DNA from: Terriglobia bacterium
GTDB taxonomy: Bacteria; Acidobacteriota; Terriglobia; 20CM-2-55-15
Length of the DNA: 64,000 nt
Reading direction: 5' to 3'
Assembly: GCA_963664115.2 (NCBI GenBank)
Contig: CAXWPJ010000009.1
Coordinates: 128,001-192,000 of the forward strand
Each line of letters opens with the position of its first letter. The stretch's first letter is position 1. Both the position numbers and the translations under genes were made by a program. This document shows, piece after piece, positions 26,865 to 36,244 of this stretch. Below the pieces are notes generated by a model. The model searched no databases. It was not told the DNA's origin and was given only the letters and a program-made list of their open reading frames with translations.

Positions 26865-27845
26865 ATGAAAGCTTTGGCATTTTATCTGGCAACGTTAACC
26901 GTGGTAGTCGGGATCGGACCAGTCGCCCGGGCGCAGGGGACTGCCGACGCTGGGAGCGATGCCGTTGTCGTCCTGACTGCGCTACCGGCAGCTTATTCAA
27001 TCACTTCGGCGCTGGTAGAAAATACGTCGATTACAGTGGAAAATCTTCCCGCCCGGCCCCGCCCCATGAGCGCGCTGGGAAACTATTTTGAATCCCGCGC
27101 CGAGCAGTTGAGCGATCAGTTCGAAAACACTCAGGCGGTTATTACTATTGGCAAGCTTTGGAATGATGACCCGCTCTTTACCGCCGTGCGGGCTGGAAAT
27201 ATTCGCGTCGTCAACATCGACGCGAGTAAGCCATGGTCCACAACTCTGGAAGGAGTCTCGGTAGCGTTTGAGCCGCAGTCCGACGTTCCCTGGATCGAAC
27301 TCGAGCAAGCCGATCGAGTTCCTTCCGTGTACTTTTGGTTAAGTCCGGCCAACGGTGTCCGGGTGGCAGAGATTATTGCCTCTGATCTTATGCGCTTGTC
27401 CCCCCCCGACAGCGCACAAATTGAACAGAACCTGGCCGACTATCGACAGCAGCTATTGGAACTCAAGCGAGAATATGAGGTCAAATTCGCGACCCTGCTC
27501 GACCTCACAGTGTTTGCGCTGGCGCCGGAATTTGTCTACTTGACGTCCGACATGGCCCTTTATGTCGATGGCTATTTCTTGAAACAGGACATTGATTGGA
27601 CGGCCGAAGATGTGCGGGAATTCGAGTCGTATCTAACGAACAACGACATCAAAGTCGCAATCCACAAGTGGGAGCCGGACGAGCCGATTCAGGCCGCAAT
27701 CGATCGCGCTGATGTGAACCTGGTCGTGCTCGATATGATCGACCTGGGAATTGTTGAAGACGGACAGTTAAGAGAAGACAGCTATATCGCACTGATGAGA
27801 ACCAACCTGGAAGCGCTCTACACCGCCTTCAGCGCGGCAAATTAA
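26865..27845 (+). CDS. Second metal ABC substrate-binding protein (FpvF-like)
   Basis: Signal peptide; AVITIGKLWNDDPLF, NIRVVNIDASKP, YFWLSPAN, IASDLMRLSP; terminal position in the operon. Confidence 0.8.
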   Translation: MKALAFYLATLTVVVGIGPVARAQGTADAGSDAVVVLTALPAAYSITSALVENTSITVENLPARPRPMSALGNYFESRAEQLSDQFENTQAVITIGKLWNDDPLFTAVRAGNIRVVNIDASKPWSTTLEGVSVAFEPQSDVPWIELEQADRVPSVYFWLSPANGVRVAEIIASDLMRLSPPDSAQIEQNLADYRQQLLELKREYEVKFATLLDLTVFALAPEFVYLTSDMALYVDGYFLKQDIDWTAEDVREFESYLTNNDIKVAIHKWEPDEPIQAAIDRADVNLVVLDMIDLGIVEDGQLREDSYIALMRTNLEALYTAFSAAN

Positions 27846-27914
27846 AGGGGACGGACACTTCAGTCGAAATACACCCGCCTGGCCACAATGTCGCATGAAG
27901 TGTCCGTCCCCTTT
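27844..27914. repeat. Perfect 19-bp inverted repeat (REP/MITE-like, possible bidirectional terminator)
   Basis: AAAGGGGACGGACACTTCA (27844-27862) and TGAAGTGTCCGTCCCCTTT (27896-27914) between convergent genes. Confidence 0.8.
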
Positions 27915-27931
27915 CCCCTTTCCGCGTCCCT

Positions 27932-28939
27932 TTATCGCAAGCTGCGGTAGGCAGCCACCGCACGATTGTGTTCGGTAAGCGTGCGGGAGAAGGCATGGCG
28001 ACCGCCTTCGGTCCGGACAAAGAAAACGTAGTCCGTCTCCGCTGGCTGGACTGCGGCCAGCATGGCGAGGTACCCCGGGTTGGCGATGGGCCCGGGAGGC
28101 AGGTCTCCATAGAGGTAAGTGTTGTAGGGTGAATCGTAGCTGAGGTCTTCCCTCAACAGCCGCCCCCGATAGTTCCCGTCCTGGATCATCGCATAGACTA
28201 CCGTCGGATCGCATTCCAGCCGCATTCTCCGTTCCAGACGGTTAAGAAAGACCGACGAAACCAGCACCCGTTCCTCCGCAACTGCCGCTTCGCTTTCGAT
28301 CAGGGAAGCCAGAATCAACATCCGGTTCAGATCCAAAGGCCACAACTCCGGGTCCACTGCCTCTTGAAGCCTCACGAGGGCGTCACGAAGCCCGCGGGTC
28401 ATAGCGTCGACAGCGTCTTGCGCCGTGACAGCCCTGGGAAATGAATAGGTTTCGGGAAAGAGATAACCTTCCACCGAGACGGCCTCGGGGTCAATCTCTC
28501 GAACCCGGGGCAAGGCCGCTTGGGCTGCCTCAAGAAAGCCCGTGCGGTCACCAAACCCGGACTCTTCCCAGAGGTCGGCGATCTGATCGAGCCTCAGGCC
28601 TTCCGGCACGGTGAATGTGTACAGCCGAACCTCACCCCGGGCCAATTTTTCGAAGACGTCTGGCGCCCGAAGCGGTGCGTCGAACAGGTATTCACCCGCC
28701 TGAAGCCGGCCCCGGGATTCACTGATGTAGAGATAGCCGAGAGAAGGATAGCGATACTGGAGGACACCCTGCGTGATCAGGAGGTCTACAATCTCGATCG
28801 AACCGAGACCGGGCGGAATATCGACGATGGTTTCACCCGAGTAACCCTGATAAGGCTCATGCACCTCATACCAGGCGTAAGTGCCTGCGCCCGACGCAAG
28901 AACAAGCAGTGGAAGCGCCGCCAAGGCCAACTTTTTCAC
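27932..28939 (-). CDS. mltG: Endolytic transglycosylase MltG
   Basis: LQAGEY, TVPEGL, EGYLFPETY, LASLIESEA, RLECDPTVVY, SPYNTYLYGDLPPGPIANPG; GTG 28939 overlaps the ruvX stop. Confidence 0.95.
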   Translation of the reverse strand: MKKLALAALPLLVLASGAGTYAWYEVHEPYQGYSGETIVDIPPGLGSIEIVDLLITQGVLQYRYPSLGYLYISESRGRLQAGEYLFDAPLRAPDVFEKLARGEVRLYTFTVPEGLRLDQIADLWEESGFGDRTGFLEAAQAALPRVREIDPEAVSVEGYLFPETYSFPRAVTAQDAVDAMTRGLRDALVRLQEAVDPELWPLDLNRMLILASLIESEAAVAEERVLVSSVFLNRLERRMRLECDPTVVYAMIQDGNYRGRLLREDLSYDSPYNTYLYGDLPPGPIANPGYLAMLAAVQPAETDYVFFVRTEGGRHAFSRTLTEHNRAVAAYRSLR

Positions 28940-29352
28940 GCGCGCTGCCTCAAGTAGTCTTCCAGTATCAAGGTCGCAGCCAGTTCGTCCACATGGTTCC
29001 GGCGCTTCCGCCAACCCATACCCATTTCTTCCAGCCGTTCTTCGGCATCGAAGCTCGTCAGGCGTTCATCCCACAAAACCACCGGCACGGGCAAAACGGT
29101 CTTGAGCTGCTCGGCAAACGCTTCTGTCTTATCGGTCTGGCGCGTGCGTGTTCCATCCATATGCCGTGGATGCCCGACGACGACCTCGACGACGCCATCC
29201 TCTTCGACCAAAGCTCGGATGTACTCCACATCCGCAGACGGACTCTTGCGTCCTCGGGTCGGGCGGCCCTGGACCGTCATGCCGAGGGCGTCGGTGACCG
29301 CGATTCCAATTCGCTTATCACCGACATCCAAAGCCATTGTTCTCAAGGGCAT
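28936..29352 (-). CDS. ruvX: Holliday junction resolvase-like protein RuvX/YqgF
   Basis: MALDVGDKRIGIAVTD, VVGHPRHMDG, WDERLTS, VDELAATLILEDYL. Confidence 0.95.
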   Translation of the reverse strand: MPLRTMALDVGDKRIGIAVTDALGMTVQGRPTRGRKSPSADVEYIRALVEEDGVVEVVVGHPRHMDGTRTRQTDKTEAFAEQLKTVLPVPVVLWDERLTSFDAEERLEEMGMGWRKRRNHVDELAATLILEDYLRQRA

Positions 29353-29463
29353 GTCGGAACTCACGCACCTATAATACCTCACCTCAACGGCAGGGACACG
29401 GCATCCCTAGTGCCTCGAGTTGGCCAGTGTTCCTGATTTGTGAACGATCCTTCACTTGTTATA

Positions 29464-31320
29464 CTAGTCCCAAAACAAGCGCATAACCAGTCCGCCGAGG
29501 CCCAGTTCGCGCCGATAGAATTCGAGGCATAGAATCCCGTTCCCGGATGGCCTGTTCCAGGTATCGAGTTTCTGTTGAATCTGTTTCAGTTCAGCCTCGC
29601 TGGTGTTGGACGGTTGACAGAAACCGGGACCTCGATCGCCCGGGCTCAGAGTCATGATCGGGTCAACATCGCAGAGGCTGACGCAACACATCCACCCCGC
29701 GGAACAAGACCGGCAACCACCGGTTCCAGGCCAGGATCCGGAACAGAATGCGCCGCCCGGTGCGCACGAGTTGGCACGGCACAAGCATGAAAGCGTTCAA
29801 GAAGGTTTTGAACTTCATGCGCAGCACGGTTTGCTTCTCAGCCTGATATTTTTGGCCCCAACGTCCGGTTTCGGGAAGCAGCAATGCAAACCACGCTTTC
29901 AGTGTCCAGGCCAGTGACGCGATCACCATGTAGGCCCAGTTGCTGGTCTGATCTCCGACCGGCATCCGCAACGCCTGAACGCCGTTCTTCAACTGCTCAA
30001 TGAGATTCTCCTGATTGCACCGTTGATTGGCACGCATCACAATCTGGTCGGCCGGATCCGAACGGTTGGTAATGTAGAAGAAGTACCGGATGTCGTCAAA
30101 CAACACCTGCTCTCCTTTGGCCACCGACAGATTCTTCCGCACCACGACGACACGGTAGTCCCGATCGCAGGCTCCGGGTCGATACCGAAACTCGGCCACA
30201 TCCTCACCCTGCAAGCGGATATTGTCGAAACCGCGCTGCCGAACGATCTCTTCCTTCACGTTGTCGGGACGTTGGCGCGGTTCGGTCGCCACGTCGTATT
30301 TCGCGGGCCGTTCCAGGCGCTTCCACTGGCGCGGCTCCAGTTCATCGGCCCGGGCCTTCAGGTTCGCCATCGCGTCAATCCCGAATATGAAACCCACCTG
30401 CTGGTCGTCCCATCCGTCCAGATGCCGGGTCTGGCTGAAGTCCGTGTCCCCGCGCAGCAGGATCTGGCGAAACCCCGCATGCCGGCACAATGCGATGGCT
30501 TGGTCGAACCGGACCGCGGCTCCTTCATGCGACGGCCGGTTGCCGCTACGATTGACCAGATACAGCGGTTCGGCGGTGTTGGCCAGCGAGATCATCAGCG
30601 GGTGATATCCCCACGTCCCGTCGTAGGCCACGTCCATCCCTTGCTTGCATTCCCCCGTGGTTTCGGCCAGTGTCCCGTCCGCGTCCAACACCGCTTCTTC
30701 GAAAAACGCCGCCGGTTGCTGTCGCCAGACTCCGAGCCGGACTTGATTGGTTGCCTCCATCAGACACTCCACGTCGTCGGCCTCGAATCTCCGGCAGAAG
30801 TCTCCCGCCGTCGTCGGATCCGGAATCCGTTGCGCTCCCAGCGCATCCAGATACACCGCATCGTTGCGCCGCAGTTCGATGTCTTCCAGGCACGTTCCTC
30901 CGCTCAAGGCGTTGTAGGCGATGTTCAGCACGTGATCCGACTCGTGATACGGCAGGTGCCGCTTCAACACATGCACGCCCTTGTCGATGGCTTCGATCAG
31001 CCCGGTCCGCCGCGCCACCAGTTGCATCGTCCCGATACCACCAACCGATGTGCCCCGCGTCCGCTCTCCCATCTCGTACTGAATGTTGCTCGCCGAAAAC
31101 ATCGGCTCTACCTGATCCGTCCAATGCCGGTCCCCAAGCCGACGTTCGATTCGCCGCTTGCGGTTCCTCATGTTCTTGCGCGTATAATCGTTCATCTGAA
31201 ATGCCTCCTTTTCCGAAGAATCTGTTCAAGGTTTTTTTCGCACGGAGACGGGGCATTTCGGGTACTTCCGCTCTTATTGCACTATCATTTCCTCGTCAAT
31301 CACGCTTGTTCAGGGACTAG
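29464..31320 (-). mobile_element. IS1380-family insertion sequence
   Basis: Termini CTAGTCCCAAAACAAGCG and (reverse complement) CTAGTCCCTGAACAAGCG enclose the transposase; CTAG on both sides. Confidence 0.88.
29663..31195 (-). CDS. IS1380-family transposase
   Basis: IPDPTTAGDFCRRF, LDADGT, WGYHPL, LLRGDTDF, RCNQENLIEQLKNG, SNWAYM motifs. Confidence 0.92.
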   Translation of the reverse strand: MNDYTRKNMRNRKRRIERRLGDRHWTDQVEPMFSASNIQYEMGERTRGTSVGGIGTMQLVARRTGLIEAIDKGVHVLKRHLPYHESDHVLNIAYNALSGGTCLEDIELRRNDAVYLDALGAQRIPDPTTAGDFCRRFEADDVECLMEATNQVRLGVWRQQPAAFFEEAVLDADGTLAETTGECKQGMDVAYDGTWGYHPLMISLANTAEPLYLVNRSGNRPSHEGAAVRFDQAIALCRHAGFRQILLRGDTDFSQTRHLDGWDDQQVGFIFGIDAMANLKARADELEPRQWKRLERPAKYDVATEPRQRPDNVKEEIVRQRGFDNIRLQGEDVAEFRYRPGACDRDYRVVVVRKNLSVAKGEQVLFDDIRYFFYITNRSDPADQIVMRANQRCNQENLIEQLKNGVQALRMPVGDQTSNWAYMVIASLAWTLKAWFALLLPETGRWGQKYQAEKQTVLRMKFKTFLNAFMLVPCQLVRTGRRILFRILAWNRWLPVLFRGVDVLRQPLRC

Positions 31321-32387
31321 TGGCCTGTAACCATTGAATCGGGAGTAATTCTTCGAGTGGGATCAAAGTACTTCCACTTCACGGGTTTGGGCTTCTTGTT
31401 GTACTGACGGATGTAGCGCATGAGTTTTCGTTTGAGGTCGGCTACGGAAGTAAATACACCGCGGGCGATCACATCGCGTTCGATCTTGGCAAACCACAGT
31501 TCGACTTGATTCAGCCAGGAAGAATACGTTGGGGTGAAGTGCAGATGAACGTTGGTGTTCGCGGCCAAGAATGCATCAACGCTCTTGGTCTTGTGGGCCG
31601 AGAGGTTATCGGCAATCACGTGAATCTCTTTCCCTTTGGATTGGTTCGCCACGATGTCGGTGAGAAAGGCGACGAACTCTGCCGAGGTGTGACGTTGAGC
31701 GGTTTTGCCCAACACCTCTCCGGTTCGGGTATTGAAGGCTGCGTAGAGCGACAGCGTCCCATGACGAAAGTACTCAAAGCCGTGCCGTTCGGCACGCCCC
31801 GGCGACAACGGGAGGACCGGATCCTTGCGGTCCAGCGCTTGGATCGCAGTCTTTTCATCCACGCTGAATACCGCAGCATGCTGCGGCGGATTCAAATACA
31901 GCCCGATCACATCCGCGGCCTTGGCCTCGAAGTCCGGATCGTTCGACATCAGATAGCCTTCGAGTCGGTGCGGCTTGATGCCGTGCTTGGCCCAGATGCG
32001 AGCAACCGTCATGTGCGAAATGCCGCCCAACTCGGCTGCCAATTTACGCGAGGACCAATGAGTCGATCCGTCGGCGGGTTTGTGTTTCGTAGTTCTCGCC
32101 AGCACGCGCGCCTCAATCCGATCCGTCACCTTGTAGCGCTCGCGCCCGGCGTGGCGCGCAAACAACCCCGCAAGCCGATCCGAAGTAAATCGCTTGCTCC
32201 ACCGCGCAATATAGCTGTCGCTGCAGTCGAGTTTCGCTCGAATCTCGGCCCAAGTGAATCCATCGGCCAGCAACAGAATCAAACGCGCATGTCGTGCCGA
32301 GTCAGCACGACCGTTTCTTGTACCCGATTGCCGGTGAAGTTCCATACGCTCGCTTCTAGTCAGTTTCATCATGCCCTCGTCAGACAT
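31317..32387 (-). CDS. IS630-family transposase (element B)
   Basis: VDEKTAIQALDR, IADNLSAHK, SWLNQVELWF; the stop codon is the TAG of the terminal CTAG. Confidence 0.95.
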   Translation of the reverse strand: MSDEGMMKLTRSERMELHRQSGTRNGRADSARHARLILLLADGFTWAEIRAKLDCSDSYIARWSKRFTSDRLAGLFARHAGRERYKVTDRIEARVLARTTKHKPADGSTHWSSRKLAAELGGISHMTVARIWAKHGIKPHRLEGYLMSNDPDFEAKAADVIGLYLNPPQHAAVFSVDEKTAIQALDRKDPVLPLSPGRAERHGFEYFRHGTLSLYAAFNTRTGEVLGKTAQRHTSAEFVAFLTDIVANQSKGKEIHVIADNLSAHKTKSVDAFLAANTNVHLHFTPTYSSWLNQVELWFAKIERDVIARGVFTSVADLKRKLMRYIRQYNKKPKPVKWKYFDPTRRITPDSMVTGH

Positions 32388-32420
32388 GATACTACCGATT
32401 CATATGTTACAGTACACTAG
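31317..32420 (-). mobile_element. IS630-family insertion sequence, element B
   Basis: IRs CTAGTGGCCTGTAACCATTGAATC / CTAGTGTACTGTAACATATGAATC; shares its left CTAG with the IS1380 element. Confidence 0.92.
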
Positions 32421-32429
32421 GAGTACAAC

Positions 32430-34013
32430 TTGAAAAAGATCGAGCGGGCGCTCATCAGCGTTTTCGATAAACGCGGAATCGCAGATTTCGCGCGTGCACT
32501 CAGGAACATGGGGGTCGAGATACTCTCTACCGGGGGCACCGCGCGTTTGCTGGCCGAGGAAGGCATCGAAGTTCGAGAGGTCTCCGAGATCACCGGCTTC
32601 CCTGAAGTTCTCGACGGCCGCGTGAAAACGCTGCACCCGCGCATTCACGCTGGCATCCTGGCCATTCGGGAAAATCAAGACCATCAGGCGCAACTCGACG
32701 AACACAACATCGGATACATCGACCTGATATGCGTGAACCTCTACCCTTTCGTCGAAACCACTCGCAAAGCCGGCGCGAGTTTCGAAGACATCATCGAGAA
32801 CATCGACATCGGAGGGCCCTCAATGTTGCGCGCGGGTTCGAAGAATTTCAATGACGTTGCCGTAGTTACTGACCCGGATGACTATCCGGCCATCATTCAG
32901 GAACTGGACCAGGGGGGCGGCAGGCTGTCTCCCTCGCGCCTGTTTTCACTGGCACAGAAAAGCTTTGTGCACACCGGGCAGTATGACGGCGCGATCGCTC
33001 AGTACTTGTCTCAAGTGAACTGGGAGGACGACGGGCCTGTCCTGCCCGGGGAAAACCTCTTTCCGCCGAAGTTGTTCATGGACTTCGAACGGGTTTCTGA
33101 GCTCCGCTACGGGGAAAACCCCCACCAGAGCGCCGCGTTCTACCGTTGGGGGTCCGAATCCGTTCATGGACTGGCAGCCGCCCGGCAACTCCAGGGAAAA
33201 GCACTTTCCTACAACAATCTGGTGGACCTCCAGGCAGCCTGGGCCCTGATCTTTGAATTTGAAGATCCGGCGTGCGCGATCCTCAAACATACGAATCCCT
33301 GCGGCGCGGCCCTGGGAAGTGACCTTGCCGACGCTTACCTGAAAGCGCTGGATGCCGATCCCGTGTCGGCCTTTGGATCGATCATTGCGGTCAATCGCAC
33401 CCTGGATGGGGCAACCGCCGAGCAGATGGCAAAGCTTTTCGTTGAAGCCATCATCGCCCCCGCGATCACAGACGAAGCCAAAGAGGTCTTTGCCCAAAAG
33501 AAAAATCTGCGCGTCCTGGAACTCAAGGACCGTAGAGCCCCTCGAGGCACCGCTGGCCTGGAAATACGCCGTGTGCTGGGTGGCATTTTGGTGCAGAACA
33601 CCGATGTGTCCAACGAGTTAGACGACCCGTCTGTCAGGGTGGTCACCCCACGGGAACCGTCCGAGGCCGAATGGCGCGACCTGCGCTTTGCATGGAAGGT
33701 GGCACGGCACGTTAAATCCAACGCAATCGTCCTTGCCTCCAACGGACGCACATCAGGTGTTGGAGCAGGGCAAATGAGTCGTATCGACTCGGTCAATATC
33801 AGTGTCGAAAAAGCCCGTCCGAGTGCTGTGGGAACCGTTATGGCGTCGGACGCGTTCTTTCCGTTTCGGGATGGCTTGGACGCTGCGGCGGCAGCGGGAA
33901 TCCGTGCCGTGATACAGCCCGGGGGGTCGCGTCGTGACGAAGAAGTGATCGCGGCGGCCACCGAACACGACATCGCGATGGTCTTCACCGGAACCCGGCA
34001 TTTCAAACACTGA
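32430..34013 (+). CDS. purH: Bifunctional AICAR transformylase / IMP cyclohydrolase
   Basis: RALISVFDK, STGGTA, GRVKTLHP, IDIGGPSM, LRYGENPHQ, KHTNPCG, VKSNAI, ASDAFFPF, IQPGGS, TGTRHFKH. Confidence 0.98.
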   Translation: MKKIERALISVFDKRGIADFARALRNMGVEILSTGGTARLLAEEGIEVREVSEITGFPEVLDGRVKTLHPRIHAGILAIRENQDHQAQLDEHNIGYIDLICVNLYPFVETTRKAGASFEDIIENIDIGGPSMLRAGSKNFNDVAVVTDPDDYPAIIQELDQGGGRLSPSRLFSLAQKSFVHTGQYDGAIAQYLSQVNWEDDGPVLPGENLFPPKLFMDFERVSELRYGENPHQSAAFYRWGSESVHGLAAARQLQGKALSYNNLVDLQAAWALIFEFEDPACAILKHTNPCGAALGSDLADAYLKALDADPVSAFGSIIAVNRTLDGATAEQMAKLFVEAIIAPAITDEAKEVFAQKKNLRVLELKDRRAPRGTAGLEIRRVLGGILVQNTDVSNELDDPSVRVVTPREPSEAEWRDLRFAWKVARHVKSNAIVLASNGRTSGVGAGQMSRIDSVNISVEKARPSAVGTVMASDAFFPFRDGLDAAAAAGIRAVIQPGGSRRDEEVIAAATEHDIAMVFTGTRHFKH

Positions 34014-34100
34014 AAAATAGGGTCAGAGCCCTAATTCCCCAATTTCACGCCGGCTTGCTTCTCGTTCGCGAATCGGGAAGTAGAGATCGGGTGCCATTTT
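34014..34100. repeat. Degenerate inverted repeat (REP-like) after purH
   Basis: Left arm AAAATAGGGTCAGAGCCCTAATTCCCCAATT versus reverse complement of right arm AAAATGGCACCCGATCTCTACTTCCCGATT. Confidence 0.45.
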
Positions 34101-34199
34101 CTCCTGCCCGCGATCCAATCAATACATGAAGAAATAGTCATGTCGACATATAATGAACAAAATTCGAAGATTGTTGACCGGCTGATTGGATCGAGAACT

Positions 34200-36158
34200 A
34201 TGAAAACACTCCTTTCAGGCCTGCTCGCAGGCCTCCTGGTATCGGTGCTCACCGTAACACCAGGATTCTCCCAGCCTCAGGAAGGGGTGCCGTCGTCGGC
34301 CGAAGCCTACTATCACTTTGCGATTGGCCGGACGCTTGAGGCCGAAGGCGATTGGGAAGGGGCCCTGGACGAATACGAGCAGGCACTGGCAATTGATCCA
34401 ACCAACTCAGCCGTCTACTCGGAAATGGCGGCCAGCTTTTTCCGCCACCAGCAGGTGCGGGATGCTATCGACTATGCGGAGCGGGCAATCCGCGCTGATG
34501 CCGACAACCTGGATGCCCATCAACTCCTCAGCTCGATATATACGGGACTCCTGAACGACGCCACAGACGGACGTGGAGTCGCTCCCGAAATCGTGGATCG
34601 TGCAATTGAGGAACTCGAAGAAGTAGTTCGCCTGGATCCAACCGAGCGGGACGCATATCTGATGCTCGGACGCCTGTATCGATTCCGGGACGAACCCGAA
34701 CGGGCCGCCCAGGTCTACCGAGACGTTCTGGAAATCTCTCCCGATTCTGAAGAAGGTGCGATCTCGCTCGCCGAGCTACAACTGGAATCCGGCAACGTGG
34801 ACGAGGCTGTCGAAATACTCCGGGAATTCTCTGAAGACCAGGGCGATTCTCGCGCTGTCCTCGCTCTCCTGGGACAGGCCTACATACGCGCCGAGGACTG
34901 GGACAATGCAGCCACGACCTACACGAAGGCCCTGGTTCTGGATCCCGAAGATGCCGATCTCCTCCGGGAAACAGCCCGAGCGCTGCTCATTTCGGGACGC
35001 CTGGAGGACGCAGCCCGGCGCTATGAAGAGCTGATTGCATTGGAACCGAACGACCCGATTGCTCATTTGCGGCTCGGACAGATCGAACGCCAGCGGATGA
35101 ATTTTGAAACAGCGCGGGATCATCTCGAAGAGGCCAACCGACTGGTGCCGAACAGTCCTGAGATTCAGTTCGATATGGCCTTGCTGGAACGCGACGAAGG
35201 AAACTTCGAAGAGAGCCTCACCCAGCTCAAACAGCTGCTAGAGGACACCCAACGGCCTAACGGCCGCTACACCGAAGGTGAACGCGGGAACCGAAGAATC
35301 TTTTTGACTAACGTCGCCCTGCTTCAAACCCGTCTTGAAACATTCGACGATGCGGTCGATACATTCGATCAGATGAAGGATCTCACGTCGAACAGGGACG
35401 GAACGATCGAGTCGTACATTGTCGAGACCTATCAGACCGCGGGACAATTGGATCGTGCACTCCAGTTCTGCAATGAAGCTCTGGATGTATTTCCGGCAAA
35501 TCCGCAGTTGCGACTGCAGCGCGCTGATCTGATCGCAGAACAGGGCCGGGTTGAGGCAGCCCTGGAACTGCTCCAGGCGATGGCAGCGGCCGAAGAAAAC
35601 AACTTTGGTATTTACTCGACCATGTTCTCGATTCATGAACGGACGGGCAACTATGAGGGTGCAGAAGAAGTCCTCGACGAAATGCTGGAGCGCTTCGAGA
35701 ATCGAGAGGAAGTCTACTTCCTGCAGGGAGCCCTCCACGAGAAGCAACGGCAATACGCGGATGCGGAAGCCGCTTTCCGGATGGCGTTGGACATCAATGC
35801 CGACAACCCCGCTGTACTCAACTATCTCGGCTATATGCTGGCCAACAACAACAGCAAACTCGAAGAAGCATTGGCGATGATTGAGATCGCTGTTGCCGCG
35901 GATCCGATAAACGGAGCGTATCTCGACAGCCTTGGGTGGGCATACTACAGGCTGGATGAACTCGAACTGGCGGAACGCTACCTCAAGCGGGCGGTCATTT
36001 TTTCACCTAAGGATCCCGACCTGCACGAACATCTGGGTGACCTCTACCTCCTGACGGGCCGCTCCACCGAAGCCCGGGCTTCATATGAACGATCCCTCGA
36101 GTTGGCCGAGGAACCGGAAGAGCAGGCAGCGGTTCAGGAAAAGCTCAACGGATTGTAG
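34200..36158 (+). CDS. Secreted tetratricopeptide-repeat protein
   Basis: Signal peptide after ATG 34200; many TPRs; C-terminal VLNYLGYMLA...AYLDSLGWAYY...HLGDLY motif. Confidence 0.9.
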   Translation: MKTLLSGLLAGLLVSVLTVTPGFSQPQEGVPSSAEAYYHFAIGRTLEAEGDWEGALDEYEQALAIDPTNSAVYSEMAASFFRHQQVRDAIDYAERAIRADADNLDAHQLLSSIYTGLLNDATDGRGVAPEIVDRAIEELEEVVRLDPTERDAYLMLGRLYRFRDEPERAAQVYRDVLEISPDSEEGAISLAELQLESGNVDEAVEILREFSEDQGDSRAVLALLGQAYIRAEDWDNAATTYTKALVLDPEDADLLRETARALLISGRLEDAARRYEELIALEPNDPIAHLRLGQIERQRMNFETARDHLEEANRLVPNSPEIQFDMALLERDEGNFEESLTQLKQLLEDTQRPNGRYTEGERGNRRIFLTNVALLQTRLETFDDAVDTFDQMKDLTSNRDGTIESYIVETYQTAGQLDRALQFCNEALDVFPANPQLRLQRADLIAEQGRVEAALELLQAMAAAEENNFGIYSTMFSIHERTGNYEGAEEVLDEMLERFENREEVYFLQGALHEKQRQYADAEAAFRMALDINADNPAVLNYLGYMLANNNSKLEEALAMIEIAVAADPINGAYLDSLGWAYYRLDELELAERYLKRAVIFSPKDPDLHEHLGDLYLLTGRSTEARASYERSLELAEEPEEQAAVQEKLNGL

Positions 36159-36244
36159 TGGCACCGACCACGCATAGCGGGACCGATAACAGGCCTGGTA
36201 CAAGTCCATTAGTCCCATAGCGACCCGGCAAATCCCATTTAGCC

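Noticed and set aside
30023-31330. 435-aa plus-strand ORF and other long ORFs overlapping the IS1380 transposase
   Set aside because: Antisense shadow frames of a GC-rich gene with no recognisable motifs.
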